Shown here one piece after another: positions 8,810 to 18,212 of a stretch of 64,000 nucleotides of DNA. The notes under the pieces are model-generated. The model ran no database searches, was not told where the DNA came from, and saw nothing but the letters and a program-made list of their open reading frames with translations. How positions within the stretch are numbered: the stretch's first letter is position 1; every line of letters starts with the position of its first letter. The DNA is from an uncultured delta proteobacterium (GTDB lineage Bacteria; Desulfobacterota; Binatia; Binatales; Binataceae): contig CAVQEQ010000001.1 of NCBI GenBank assembly GCA_963711565.1, forward strand, positions 352,001-416,000, read 5' to 3'. The translations under genes were made by a program, and so were the position numbers.

Positions 8810-9598
8810 GTGGTGAAGCAGAGACTCTTGTGGAAGGTGCTGGGGCTGCTACTAGCGGCTTTCACCCTTGTGCTGGGTGCGAAAGAGAACTGCTTCCCAC
8901 AAACTCCGGAGATTCTGAGGCAAGAACCAATCCCTTCTTACCAGTCTCCGGCTTCGCAACCGTCACCGGCTGCGCATACCTATCAGCAGGTTCCGAGCCA
9001 AGGGACGTTGGAATTGCCAAGAATCTTGCGAGGTTGCTGGCAGGGGAAATCCATCACCGACTCAGTGGAAGTTCTTGATCCCTCCAAGGGGCGGCCCGGG
9101 TCCTATTTTACTTCGGCATACAAGCTTTGTTACCTACAACGCGAAGGCAGCGGCGATTTCAAGTTGTCCTCATCGGAGTCTACCTCAGACACGAACGATC
9201 TACATTTCTATTCATCGATTGACGGCTTCTTATTGAGCACGGGCCTCGCAACGATGAAGCGAGAGGTCACGAGCGACGATCTGGAGATAGTATCGACGGA
9301 CGGTGAAAGCCACTTCAGCTTGCATCACCACATCGAATACGTTGCTCGGGCCGCCGCACTGTTTGGCCTCTTCTCAGGCTCGCAGTCGTATATCGGCGAT
9401 TCAAACATGAATTGTTGGATCGAATCACCCGACCCAAAATCAATGTTCAATGCAGACGCCCAGGGGAACGTTCAGGTCAACTCTACCGCAGCAAATCGAC
9501 AGTCGGTGCACTGCACAGATGACGGCACGATATACATTGACGGTGACGCGTGGTGTCGGGAGAACGGGCGCATCGATATGACTCGGGTTGGTGACTAA
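8810..9598 (+). CDS. Hypothetical secreted protein (island)
   Basis: N-terminal signal-like segment, several Cys, RBS gagga; atypical codon usage. Confidence 0.65.
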   Translation: MVKQRLLWKVLGLLLAAFTLVLGAKENCFPQTPEILRQEPIPSYQSPASQPSPAAHTYQQVPSQGTLELPRILRGCWQGKSITDSVEVLDPSKGRPGSYFTSAYKLCYLQREGSGDFKLSSSESTSDTNDLHFYSSIDGFLLSTGLATMKREVTSDDLEIVSTDGESHFSLHHHIEYVARAAALFGLFSGSQSYIGDSNMNCWIESPDPKSMFNADAQGNVQVNSTAANRQSVHCTDDGTIYIDGDAWCRENGRIDMTRVGD

Positions 9599-9681
9599 TA
9601 TCCCCCGTAGCTCATTATCTGCAAAACTCCGCCTGTTTTCGGCCCTATCAGCCCTATACTATATTGATATACGAGCAGCCA

Positions 9682-9903
9682 ATGCGTCAACAAAAAACTC
9701 CACAAGAACAGAGAGAAGACCTTGAGCGACGGGCATCGGCGCTGGAGGAAGAGCGTCAGCACCTTAGGAAACTCGCTAGCACCGAGGAAAGCATCTTCGA
9801 AGACGCGGTAAGAGACGAGGATATCCGCGAGGAACTCGCCGAGATTCGTAGAACGCAAGTGGCCATCGAAGAAGCAACAATGTCACGAGGCACCATCTCG
9901 TAG
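9682..9903 (+). CDS. Small coiled-coil hypothetical protein (island)
   Basis: 73-aa E/R-rich heptad-like sequence; TTG alternative start at 9664. Confidence 0.55.
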   Translation: MRQQKTPQEQREDLERRASALEEERQHLRKLASTEESIFEDAVRDEDIREELAEIRRTQVAIEEATMSRGTIS

Positions 9904-10005
9904 AGGCTCGCCTTTTTTCTTCGGGTACTCCATGCTCAAACGACCTGGCCGCCTCTCATAACAGCGCGCAATCTCCCTTAAATCGTGTCAGGGGATTCTA
10001 GGCTA

Positions 10006-10668
10006 ATGCCGGATGCGCTTCATCAATCCAAGCTCAGGATAGATTGGGCACGCGAAAAGATTGACGAATTGAAATTCTTTAAGCAGCGAATCTGGCAAGA
10101 CGCTTTGGAGAATACGGCTCAGCAGGGCAATCCGAACATGCGCGATGCCTACTTTCTGTTTAGAGAGCGCCTTCACGATGAAGCGATTCGACTCACCAGT
10201 GAGTTCGTTCACCACGCCCGCGCCGCCTTGGATTACGTTATTTTCACCTTGGCTTGGCGTGACACTGGGAGCGAGCAAAAGGGCACACAATTTCCGATCA
10301 ACTCGACGCCGGAGAAATTCGCCAGAAATCGCGAACGTTTTCTCAAGCATCTCAGGCAGGAACACATCACGATGGTCGAGCGATTCCAGCCGTACTGTGG
10401 CTTTCATTCATTGCTGGTGCTCAATACTCTCTCCAACCTCGACAAACACCGAGAGTTCATTCACATCAATTTTCTCGGCATGGTCAGCGAGGTAATAGTG
10501 CCTTTAGCTGAGGCGCAGACTCAAGCCGCTAGCCATCAGGTGAAGTTGGAGAAACGTCATACCATCCAGGTATTGCTGGACGACGGGACTGCCATCGAAG
10601 AAGCGCTCACGGATGTCCTTTCGGAGGTGGGCAAAGTGATCAAGCATTTCGATAGGGTCTTGGCGTAA
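10006..10668 (+). CDS. Hypothetical protein, possibly HEPN-like
   Basis: All-helical appearance with HHARAALDY, QFPI, FQPY and LSNLDKHR motifs; GTG alternative start at 9985. Confidence 0.65.
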   Translation: MPDALHQSKLRIDWAREKIDELKFFKQRIWQDALENTAQQGNPNMRDAYFLFRERLHDEAIRLTSEFVHHARAALDYVIFTLAWRDTGSEQKGTQFPINSTPEKFARNRERFLKHLRQEHITMVERFQPYCGFHSLLVLNTLSNLDKHREFIHINFLGMVSEVIVPLAEAQTQAASHQVKLEKRHTIQVLLDDGTAIEEALTDVLSEVGKVIKHFDRVLA

Positions 10669-10805
10669 CCCGGTACCGGCCAGCCACGTTGAGAGTGTAT
10701 GCCCATTCGTTTGTCTTCCCGTCAACTTGGGCTTACTCGCCTTACTTTACGGTATAGGCGGCTGGCCGGTAAGTGAGGGTTATGCGGCGCATCCGCTCCG
10801 CCTGT

Positions 10806-10847
10806 TTGCGCAGGTGGCAGGCGCTGATCTAGCTTCATGGACGGGCT
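10806..10847 (+). repeat. Right copy of 42-bp imperfect direct repeat; possible promoter of the pantothenate kinase gene
   Basis: ttgcgcaggtggcaggcgctgatctagcttcatggacgggct; reads as TTGCGC-N18-TAGCTT. Confidence 0.8.
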
Positions 10848-10868
10848 GGACAGGAGCCGGCACCACTT

Positions 10869-11684
10869 ATGATCGTTGGCATCGATATCGGCGGCTCGAC
10901 CACCGACGCCGTCATCCTTGAAAATGGAGGCGTACACGTCGTGACGATCGAGGCTAACGACCCCGTCGCCGCGGCCGCGGGCGCGCTCGGCAAGCTCGTC
11001 GCTGACTTCGGCATCAAGCTCGAAGACGTCGAATGCGTCGCCGCCACCGGCGCCGGCTCGCGCGTGTTGACCAAGTCCTTGCTGGGCCGGCCTGTCGTCA
11101 AGGTCAACGAGTTCACTGCGATCGGAATCGGCGGCACCTCGCTCGCGGGCCTCGAGAGCGCGATGGTCGTATCGCTCGGCACCGGCACCGCGATCGTGTC
11201 CGTCACCGGTGACAAGATCGCGCACTTCAGCGGCACCGGCGTCGGCGGCGGCACGCTGCTCGGCCTCGCCAAGCACATGCTCGGCGTCTCGACGATTGAG
11301 CGGCTCGAAAAACTTGCGCGCAAGGGCGACCTGCGCCGAATCGATCTCAGCGTGCGCGATATTGCCGGTGGCTCGATCGGCGACCTGCCGCCAAGTACCA
11401 CCGCCGCGAACTTCGGCAAGATAAGCGCCGACGCGACGCCCGAGGACAAGGCGCTCGCCATCATGAACATGATCACCGAATCAATCGGCGTGCTCGCGCT
11501 CGCGAGCGCCCGCGCCTGCGGCCAGGAGAACATCGTGCTGACGGGCAAGCTGTCGCGCCTGTTCCGCTTCATGCAGGAGATGAAGCGCCTCAGCTTTCCA
11601 TTCGGCCGCCGCTTCCTGATCCCCGAGCACGCCGATTTCGCCACCGCCATCGGTGCTGCCCGCCACGCCCGCCAGCAGAAATAG
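10869..11684 (+). CDS. Type II pantothenate kinase-like (ASKHA/Fumble family)
   Basis: GIDIGGS, VNEFTAIGIGG, VSLGTGT, GTGVGGGTLLGL, IDLSVRDI, AANFGK. Confidence 0.8.
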   Translation: MIVGIDIGGSTTDAVILENGGVHVVTIEANDPVAAAAGALGKLVADFGIKLEDVECVAATGAGSRVLTKSLLGRPVVKVNEFTAIGIGGTSLAGLESAMVVSLGTGTAIVSVTGDKIAHFSGTGVGGGTLLGLAKHMLGVSTIERLEKLARKGDLRRIDLSVRDIAGGSIGDLPPSTTAANFGKISADATPEDKALAIMNMITESIGVLALASARACGQENIVLTGKLSRLFRFMQEMKRLSFPFGRRFLIPEHADFATAIGAARHARQQK

Positions 11685-11778
11685 CGAGCCGTGCAGCTCC
11701 GTTTGCAAGCTCGTCGCGCCGTTACATCTTTGCCGCGCTAGGATATAAAATTCCGAGTTCCGCGAGGTTTATTCATCG

Positions 11779-13038
11779 ATGCCATCAGAGTTGCTCAAAG
11801 GATTTCGGCTGCTCGATCTGACCGACGAAAAAGGCGCCCTGTGCGGCAAAATGTTCGCCGATCTCGGCGCTGAAGTTATCAAGGTCGAGCCAATCGGCGG
11901 ATGCTCGACGCGACGCATCCCGCCGTATCTCGAAGACAGAGCTGACGCCGACCACTGCCTCTATTCGATCGCCTATCACGCGGGGAAAAAATCCGTCACT
12001 GCGAACCTCGCGACTGACGATGGACGCGCGCTCGTCGCCGATCTGGCGGCGAAGTCCGACTTTCTCGTCGAGTCGCACCCCCTCGGCTATCTCGATTCGA
12101 TCAGGCTCGGCTACGACGCACTCGCGAAGAAAAATCCGCGACTCATCTACGCGTCGATCACGCCGTTCGGCGACACCGGCCCCGGCAAAGACTACAACTG
12201 GGCCGACATCATCACGTGGGCCGCAGGCGGCATGATGTACCTGATGGGCGAGGAGGGCAAGCCGCCGCTGCAGATGAGTCTGCCGCAAGCTGGATTGCAT
12301 GCGGGCGGCGAGGCGAGCGTCGCGATGATGCTCGCGCACTACCCACGTCAGGTCGACGGCCTCGGCCAACGCATCGTCGTCAACATGCAGGCCTGCATCG
12401 TGTGGACGCTGATGAACGAGCAGGCGATGCCGCTGCTGCACGGCAACCATCTGTCGCGCACGGGGATTTACGTCGGATCGGGCGACATGCGGCGCAAGAT
12501 GGTGTTCGAGTGCAAGGACGGACATATTTCGATCCTGATCGCGGGCGGCACCACGTTCGGCAATTCGACCAAGGCGCTGATCGAGTGGATGCGCGAGAAG
12601 GGATTCGGCTCCGAATGGATGCGGACCAAGGATTGGGTGTCGTGGATTCCCGGCATGTTCATGGCGATGACCGAAGAGGACCGTCAGCAGATCGCAGATC
12701 TCGAAACCACGATCCAGCGCTTCCTGCTGACGATGACCAAGCATGAGATCTACGCGCAGGGACTCAAGCGCCGGATCTTTCTCGCGCCGGTCGCAAACGT
12801 CGCCAACGTCGCCGCCGACGAGCAGCTGAAGGCGCGCGACTTCTGGGTCAGAGTGCCGCACGACACGCTCGGCCGCACGCTCACGTTTCCCGGACCGTTC
12901 GCGAAAATGTCGGCGACGCCGATCGGATCGACCACGCGCGCGCCGCGAATCGGCGAACATAGCGACGAGATTTACCGCGGCCTGCTCGGGCTCGCGCCCG
13001 AGCGGCTGACGAAGCTCCGCACCGCCGGCTCAATTTAG
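11779..13038 (+). CDS. Class III CoA-transferase (CaiB/BaiF), subunit 1
   Basis: ADLGAEVIKVEP, ASITPFGDTGP, FECKDG, RAPRIGEH. Confidence 0.9.
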   Translation: MPSELLKGFRLLDLTDEKGALCGKMFADLGAEVIKVEPIGGCSTRRIPPYLEDRADADHCLYSIAYHAGKKSVTANLATDDGRALVADLAAKSDFLVESHPLGYLDSIRLGYDALAKKNPRLIYASITPFGDTGPGKDYNWADIITWAAGGMMYLMGEEGKPPLQMSLPQAGLHAGGEASVAMMLAHYPRQVDGLGQRIVVNMQACIVWTLMNEQAMPLLHGNHLSRTGIYVGSGDMRRKMVFECKDGHISILIAGGTTFGNSTKALIEWMREKGFGSEWMRTKDWVSWIPGMFMAMTEEDRQQIADLETTIQRFLLTMTKHEIYAQGLKRRIFLAPVANVANVAADEQLKARDFWVRVPHDTLGRTLTFPGPFAKMSATPIGSTTRAPRIGEHSDEIYRGLLGLAPERLTKLRTAGSI

Positions 13039-13054
13039 CCAGGAGAAATTCGAG

Positions 13055-14269
13055 ATGAGCCGTTTCGCATTGGAAGGAGTTCACGTTCTCGACTTCGCCT
13101 GGGTCGGCGTCGGGCCGATCACAACCAAGTATTTCGCCGACAACGGCGCCGACGTGATTCGGGTCGAGTCCGCGTCGCACCTCGACGTGCTGCGCATCGG
13201 GCCGCCGTGGAAGGACGCGATGCCCGGCATCAACCGCAGCCAGTTCTTCGCCAGCTACAACACATCGAAGAAGGGAATCACGCTGGACTTGAGCAAGCCC
13301 AAAGCGCGCGAGCTTGTGAAGCGCATGGTGCCGTGGGCCGATATCATCGTCGAGAGTTTCACGCCCAAGGCGATGCGCAATTGGGGACTGGATTACGAAA
13401 AGCTGCGCGCGATTCGCCCCGACCTGATCATGCTCTCGACCTGCATGCAGGGGCAGACCGGACCCAACGCGCTCTACCCCGGCTTCGGCCAACTGATGGC
13501 GGCGCTGTCGGGCTTTTACTACATCTCGGGCTACGGGCCGGGCTCATGCACGCCGCCATACGGCGCGTACACCGATTTCATCGCGCCGCGATTTTCCGCG
13601 TTCGCGCTGCTCGCCGCGCTCGACTATCGGCGCCGCACCGGGACGGGCCAGTACATCGACATGGCGCAGTACGAATGCGCGATGCAGAATCTCGCGCCCG
13701 CGTTGATCGACTATCACGCAACCAGCCGCGTGCTCGGCCCGCAGGGAAACGCGTCCGCACGTTACGCTCCGCACGGCGCGTATCAGTGCGCCGACGAGGA
13801 CGGCAACGAGCGATGGATCGCGATCGCTGTCGCCGGCGACGAGCAGTGGCGCGCGATGCTCGCAGCTCTTGCGGCAGATTCTGACTCGCGCTTCGCAACC
13901 TCAGCGGCTCGCCACGAGAATGCCGCAGCAATCGATCAGTTTGTCGGCTTGCTGACGCGCGCGCACAACGCGCACGATCTCACAGTGAAGTTGCAGGCGG
14001 CCGGAGTCGCCGCTTATCCAGTCGAGAACTGCGTCGATATTCACCAGGACGACAACCTCGAGGCGTTCGGCTTCTGGCATTGGCTCGAGCACAAGGAAAT
14101 GGGCGCGTCGCCTTACGAAGGACTCGAGCATCGCATGAGCCGCACGCCGGGCACGCTGCGATCGGCCGCGCCGATTCTCGGCCAGGACAACGACGAAGTT
14201 TTCGGCGAGATGCTGTCGCTCAGCGCCGAGGAGATCGAGCAGCTAAAGAAAGAGAACGTGATATTCTGA
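13055..14269 (+). CDS. Class III CoA-transferase (CaiB/BaiF), subunit 2
   Basis: ADNGADVIRVES, GQTGP, AYTDF (catalytic Asp position), APHGAYQC. Confidence 0.92.
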   Translation: MSRFALEGVHVLDFAWVGVGPITTKYFADNGADVIRVESASHLDVLRIGPPWKDAMPGINRSQFFASYNTSKKGITLDLSKPKARELVKRMVPWADIIVESFTPKAMRNWGLDYEKLRAIRPDLIMLSTCMQGQTGPNALYPGFGQLMAALSGFYYISGYGPGSCTPPYGAYTDFIAPRFSAFALLAALDYRRRTGTGQYIDMAQYECAMQNLAPALIDYHATSRVLGPQGNASARYAPHGAYQCADEDGNERWIAIAVAGDEQWRAMLAALAADSDSRFATSAARHENAAAIDQFVGLLTRAHNAHDLTVKLQAAGVAAYPVENCVDIHQDDNLEAFGFWHWLEHKEMGASPYEGLEHRMSRTPGTLRSAAPILGQDNDEVFGEMLSLSAEEIEQLKKENVIF

Positions 14270-14288
14270 GTTCGTCCCGATTGTCGTC

Positions 14289-15539
14289 GTGCGATACGAA
14301 CTCAAAATTGCGATCCGCTATCTGCGCGCCCGCCGCAAAGACGCTTTCATCTCGATCACGACGATCTTTACCGCCGTCGGCGTGATGATCGGCGTCGCCG
14401 CGCTCACGACGACACTGTCAGTGATGGGCGGCTTCGAGCAGAGCATCAAGGAGCGCGTGCTCAACCTCAGCCCGCAAGTGCAGATTCTCAATTCGCAGGG
14501 ATCGATCGACAACTACGCCGAGATCGAGAAGAGGGTCGCCGGCGTGCCCGGCGTCAACGGCGCGGAGTCGTATATCATCGGCCAGGCGATGCTGAGTTCG
14601 GGGCGCGGAATCGGCGGCGTCGTCGTGCGCGGCGTCGAGCCGGGCAATCCGGTGGTGCGCGAGCAATGGGGCCGCTACATGACGGCCGGCGGTCTCGACG
14701 ATCTCGCGCGAAGCTATTCGATTCCGGCGAGTGGCGCGGCGCCGGCGGTTACGACGGGCGGCCTCGCGATCGGAGTGAGCCTTGCGAAGAAGCTCAAGGC
14801 CAAGCCCGGTGACGCGGTGCGGATGGTGGCGCCGATTATTTCGCCCGACGGATCGCTCTCGACCAAGAGCGCGCAATTCGTGATCGGCGCGATCTTCGAC
14901 TCGGGTATGAACTTCATCGACACCAACATGGTCTTCATGAATCTCGCCAACGCGCAGGATTTCTTCGGCCGCGCCGGCAAAGTGGACGCCGTCGATATCC
15001 ATCTTATCAACCTCGACCAGACCGACGCCGTCACCGACGCGGTGAGCAGGCTGTTCCCAAATCCCTATCGAGTCCGCAACTGGATCGAGTTCAACGAATC
15101 CGCCGCCGCCGGCTTCGCACTGCTCAAGCGCGTCTATGCCCTGGTGCTCGTCATGCTGATCGGCGTCGCCGCGTTCAACCTAGTCGCGACTTTGATCATG
15201 GTCGTGATGGAAAAGCGCAAGGACATCGCGGTGCTGATCGCGATGGGTGCGAAGCGGCGCGACGTGCGCCTGATCTTCGTGATGAAGGGACTGATCGTCG
15301 GCGCCGCGGGAACCGCCGCCGGATTGATCCTCGGCGCCGCCGGATGCTTCGCGCTGGCGCGCTACCAGTTCATACACATACCGCGCGAAATTTACGGCAT
15401 CTCGACGCTGCCGATCGCGGTCGCGCCGTCAAATTTCGCCGCCGTCGCGCTAGCCTCGATGCTTCTGTGCCTGCTCGCGACTGTATATCCGGCCCGGCAA
15501 GCATCGCGCGAGATGCCGGTCGAAGTCTTCCGCTCCTAA
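14289..15539 (+). CDS. Lipoprotein-releasing ABC permease (LolC/E family)
   Basis: IAIRYLRARRK, LSVMGGF, VAAFNLVATLIMVVMEKRKDIAVL, YPARQAS; no lolD adjacent. Confidence 0.9.
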   Translation: MRYELKIAIRYLRARRKDAFISITTIFTAVGVMIGVAALTTTLSVMGGFEQSIKERVLNLSPQVQILNSQGSIDNYAEIEKRVAGVPGVNGAESYIIGQAMLSSGRGIGGVVVRGVEPGNPVVREQWGRYMTAGGLDDLARSYSIPASGAAPAVTTGGLAIGVSLAKKLKAKPGDAVRMVAPIISPDGSLSTKSAQFVIGAIFDSGMNFIDTNMVFMNLANAQDFFGRAGKVDAVDIHLINLDQTDAVTDAVSRLFPNPYRVRNWIEFNESAAAGFALLKRVYALVLVMLIGVAAFNLVATLIMVVMEKRKDIAVLIAMGAKRRDVRLIFVMKGLIVGAAGTAAGLILGAAGCFALARYQFIHIPREIYGISTLPIAVAPSNFAAVALASMLLCLLATVYPARQASREMPVEVFRS

Positions 15540-15581
15540 CTCCTCAACCCGCCCCACCACCCCACATCCGCGGACTACATA

Positions 15582-15869
15582 TTACTGATTGTCTGGCGTG
15601 CGATTTGTATTGGCGGGGGACTTGCCGGCGAGCTTGGGTTTGCGAACGACCAAAGTCTCATGACCGCGAACCTTGATCGTGCGCGCGGGGTCTGACGAAA
15701 AGTTCTGGCTCGGTCCGTCAGAATTCCGCGGCCGCGACGAGGTGCGCGAGCGCCGCCAGTTACTGAGCTCCTTCGACAGTTTTGAGGCCAGCGAATCGTT
15801 GTCCTGGCCGTTCCCGGTCGATTCTCCGCTTTCCTTGTTGAGGTCGCCCTCGAACTCCGCGGAACTCAT
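15582..15869 (-). CDS. Hypothetical low-complexity small protein
   Basis: 95-aa ORF with purine-rich upstream aggaagagag; no recognised motif. Confidence 0.4.
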   Translation of the reverse strand: MSSAEFEGDLNKESGESTGNGQDNDSLASKLSKELSNWRRSRTSSRPRNSDGPSQNFSSDPARTIKVRGHETLVVRKPKLAGKSPANTNRTPDNQ

Positions 15870-16168
15870 TTGCGTTCTCTCTTCCTGTGACGTGGATTTG
15901 TCCTCCTTGGTTTAGGACTGTTTTAGCAAACGGAATTTTAGTTTCCGAAATTGATGTACTGACGTAATCGGCGCTCGCGTTCGCGGCGTCCCGGGATTCT
16001 TAAATCAGTGGATAAGATTGTGTCTCGACTGCGTACCGAATCTGAATTTTATCGGCGCGTTTCGGCTTGAGATGATTTTTATGTGGGATTCTTTCAGGCG
16101 GATTTTCCGCCGGCCGGGTTTGTTTCGCCCGACCGGCGTTCAAGTCATTATTGAGTTGGATTCACAGT

Positions 16169-16501
16169 CTAGGCAAACAGACTCTGCATCCGCAGCGCGA
16201 GCCCCATGTCGCCCGCGATTCGCAGTTTGCCGCTCATGAACGCGACCTGCCCGTTCAGCTTGCCGGTCGTCATGTCCACGTAATCCTGCGCCGTCATCGA
16301 GATCGTGATGCTCGGTGAAGCGGCCGGTCCTTCGTTGACCGTGCAGGTCTCGTTGTTGATGACGACGTTCCACTTGCCGCCATTGTCGCCCGAGAGGTCG
16401 AACTGGTACGTCGCATTCAAACCTTTCGCCGCGTCCTTGTTGAAGCGACCGGGCATCGCCGCGAAGATTTCTTTGGGTGTGGTAGGTGCTGCGTCAGCCA
16501 T
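16169..16501 (-). CDS. SCP2 sterol-binding domain protein
   Basis: YQFDLSG, AFMSGKLRIAGDMGLA; RBS aggagga. Confidence 0.92.
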   Translation of the reverse strand: MADAAPTTPKEIFAAMPGRFNKDAAKGLNATYQFDLSGDNGGKWNVVINNETCTVNEGPAASPSITISMTAQDYVDMTTGKLNGQVAFMSGKLRIAGDMGLALRMQSLFA

Positions 16502-16636
16502 GGAAAATTGAGTCCTCCTGATGGGAGCGGCCTATGCGCGCTCTTTCCGCCATATAAGCGTTCGGCTCGAACCGTGTCAATAGTAACACGCCCCGCGGAA
16601 TCATTCACTCCCAGCGCCGTGATCGCAGTTGGCCGG

Positions 16637-18151
16637 TCATAATCCGAACATGTTGCCGGGCACCACCCTGATGATATTGCCCCGCACGTGGACCGTCAAC
16701 GCGTTCTCGGTGATCGTCACCGCCTGCTGCTTTTGCGCTTCAGTCTTAACCGTGCCGTCAAGGTACGCCTCCTGGCCAATCACCTTGACCGTCACGCCGG
16801 TCAGGCCGGCAGCGTAAAGCTGCGACGCGATCGCGGCCTGGCGTGCGGCCCATTCCGCGGTGTCCGTCTGCAGCGAATCGATGACGTTGCCGACGCCCGG
16901 CACCTGGCGCACGATTTTTACCGCGTACAGCTTGGCGTCGTTGTCAAACACCTTGCCGAAAATCGTCACCGTGTCGCCGCTGGTATAACAGTCCACCCGC
17001 CGCGTCCGCGGATTCGACGACAGCACCTGCTTGACGCGCTGCTGCAAGGTAAGAGTCGGCGTCGGTGGCGGGCGGTGCGCGACATGATGCTTGCGCGGGA
17101 GTGGCGCCGGCGCGACGGCCTCCGCCGGCGGCGTCTCGACGGCAGCGGGCGTCGGCGCGCTCACCGCTTCCGATGCGGCCGTCGAGGCCTCCGGCGACGG
17201 GGGCGCGCTGGCAAATTCCGGCGGCTCGGTCGGGCTCAGTCCCGCCAGCTTGGTGTTGAGTTGCGACTCTAGCGCGTCCTTGGTGGATGGGTCGTTGGTG
17301 AAGATCACCGGGTAATCAATCTCGACGTCGCTCCCGCCGAAGGGCGGGTAGTTCCATGCGGACACATCCTTCACCACTTCCGCGTCGAAGGCCGGATTCG
17401 GATTGGTCAACGTCCGCACAGACGCCGCGTCCACGATGCCGCTGGGCAGTACCCTGACTCGCACGACCATCGCGTCGCGCATCGAGCTGTCACCGGCGAG
17501 CGCGTGCGTGTAGCTGTCGAGCAATGGGTCGGTGCGATCATTGAAGAACTTGCGCGCCGAATCCTGGTTTCGTTCCGGCGCGGACGCGGATTCCCCCGTC
17601 ACCTGCACCGGTATCGCGTTCGCCAGCGCCACTAGCGGTCCCGTCGGCACCGCGGCTGCCACCGACGCGACCGCGGATGGCGACGCGACGGCCACCGGGG
17701 CCACCGCTGATTTGTTGCTTAGATTTATTGCGAGCCACGCGCCGCCGCCGAGCGCGACGATAGCTGCGATCACGTACGCGAGGATGCCCAACATCCCGCG
17801 GCCTTCTTTTTCGCCGTCGTCATTGGGCATCCTGCCGGTAATAGGCATCGACGGCGACGCGCCGCGCCGCGCGGTAGTCGGATTGCGTGACGTCGGCGCC
17901 CGCGGTGGCGGCGGTGTGTACGTCTCCGCGGCCGATTCGACCCCGAGTCGCGCGCCGCAGAAATTGCAGATCAGTTCGCCCGGCTGCGCCTTGCCGCCGC
18001 ACACGGGACATTCGATCTGCTCGCCTTCGCCGCTGCTGCGTCCCGCGGCTTCGACAAAGGCAGGACCGGCGGGGACCAGCGCAGTTCCGTCAGCGTCGCA
18101 AAACTTTTCTGAGTCGGGGTAGGTTCTTTCGCAGCGCGGGCACCTGTTCAT
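16637..18151 (-). CDS. Membrane protein: zinc ribbons, TM helix, AgmX/PglI (TonB-C-like) domain, two BON domains
   Basis: CPRC...CDADG and CPVC...CNFC; TM helix; AWNYPPFGG..IDYPVIF; BON-like VPGVGNVIDSL and AYLDGTV. Confidence 0.75.
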   Translation of the reverse strand: MNRCPRCERTYPDSEKFCDADGTALVPAGPAFVEAAGRSSGEGEQIECPVCGGKAQPGELICNFCGARLGVESAAETYTPPPPRAPTSRNPTTARRGASPSMPITGRMPNDDGEKEGRGMLGILAYVIAAIVALGGGAWLAINLSNKSAVAPVAVASPSAVASVAAAVPTGPLVALANAIPVQVTGESASAPERNQDSARKFFNDRTDPLLDSYTHALAGDSSMRDAMVVRVRVLPSGIVDAASVRTLTNPNPAFDAEVVKDVSAWNYPPFGGSDVEIDYPVIFTNDPSTKDALESQLNTKLAGLSPTEPPEFASAPPSPEASTAASEAVSAPTPAAVETPPAEAVAPAPLPRKHHVAHRPPPTPTLTLQQRVKQVLSSNPRTRRVDCYTSGDTVTIFGKVFDNDAKLYAVKIVRQVPGVGNVIDSLQTDTAEWAARQAAIASQLYAAGLTGVTVKVIGQEAYLDGTVKTEAQKQQAVTITENALTVHVRGNIIRVVPGNMFGL

Positions 18152-18212
18152 GTTAGTAAGAAGTCCTCCGGCGAAAGTTTCGATGATATCGGCGCGAATT
18201 GCGACACGCCGA

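Noticed and set aside
8484-10720. Integron cassette array in the island
   Set aside because: No convincing RYYYAAC...GTTRRRY attC palindromes after the ORFs, and no intI.
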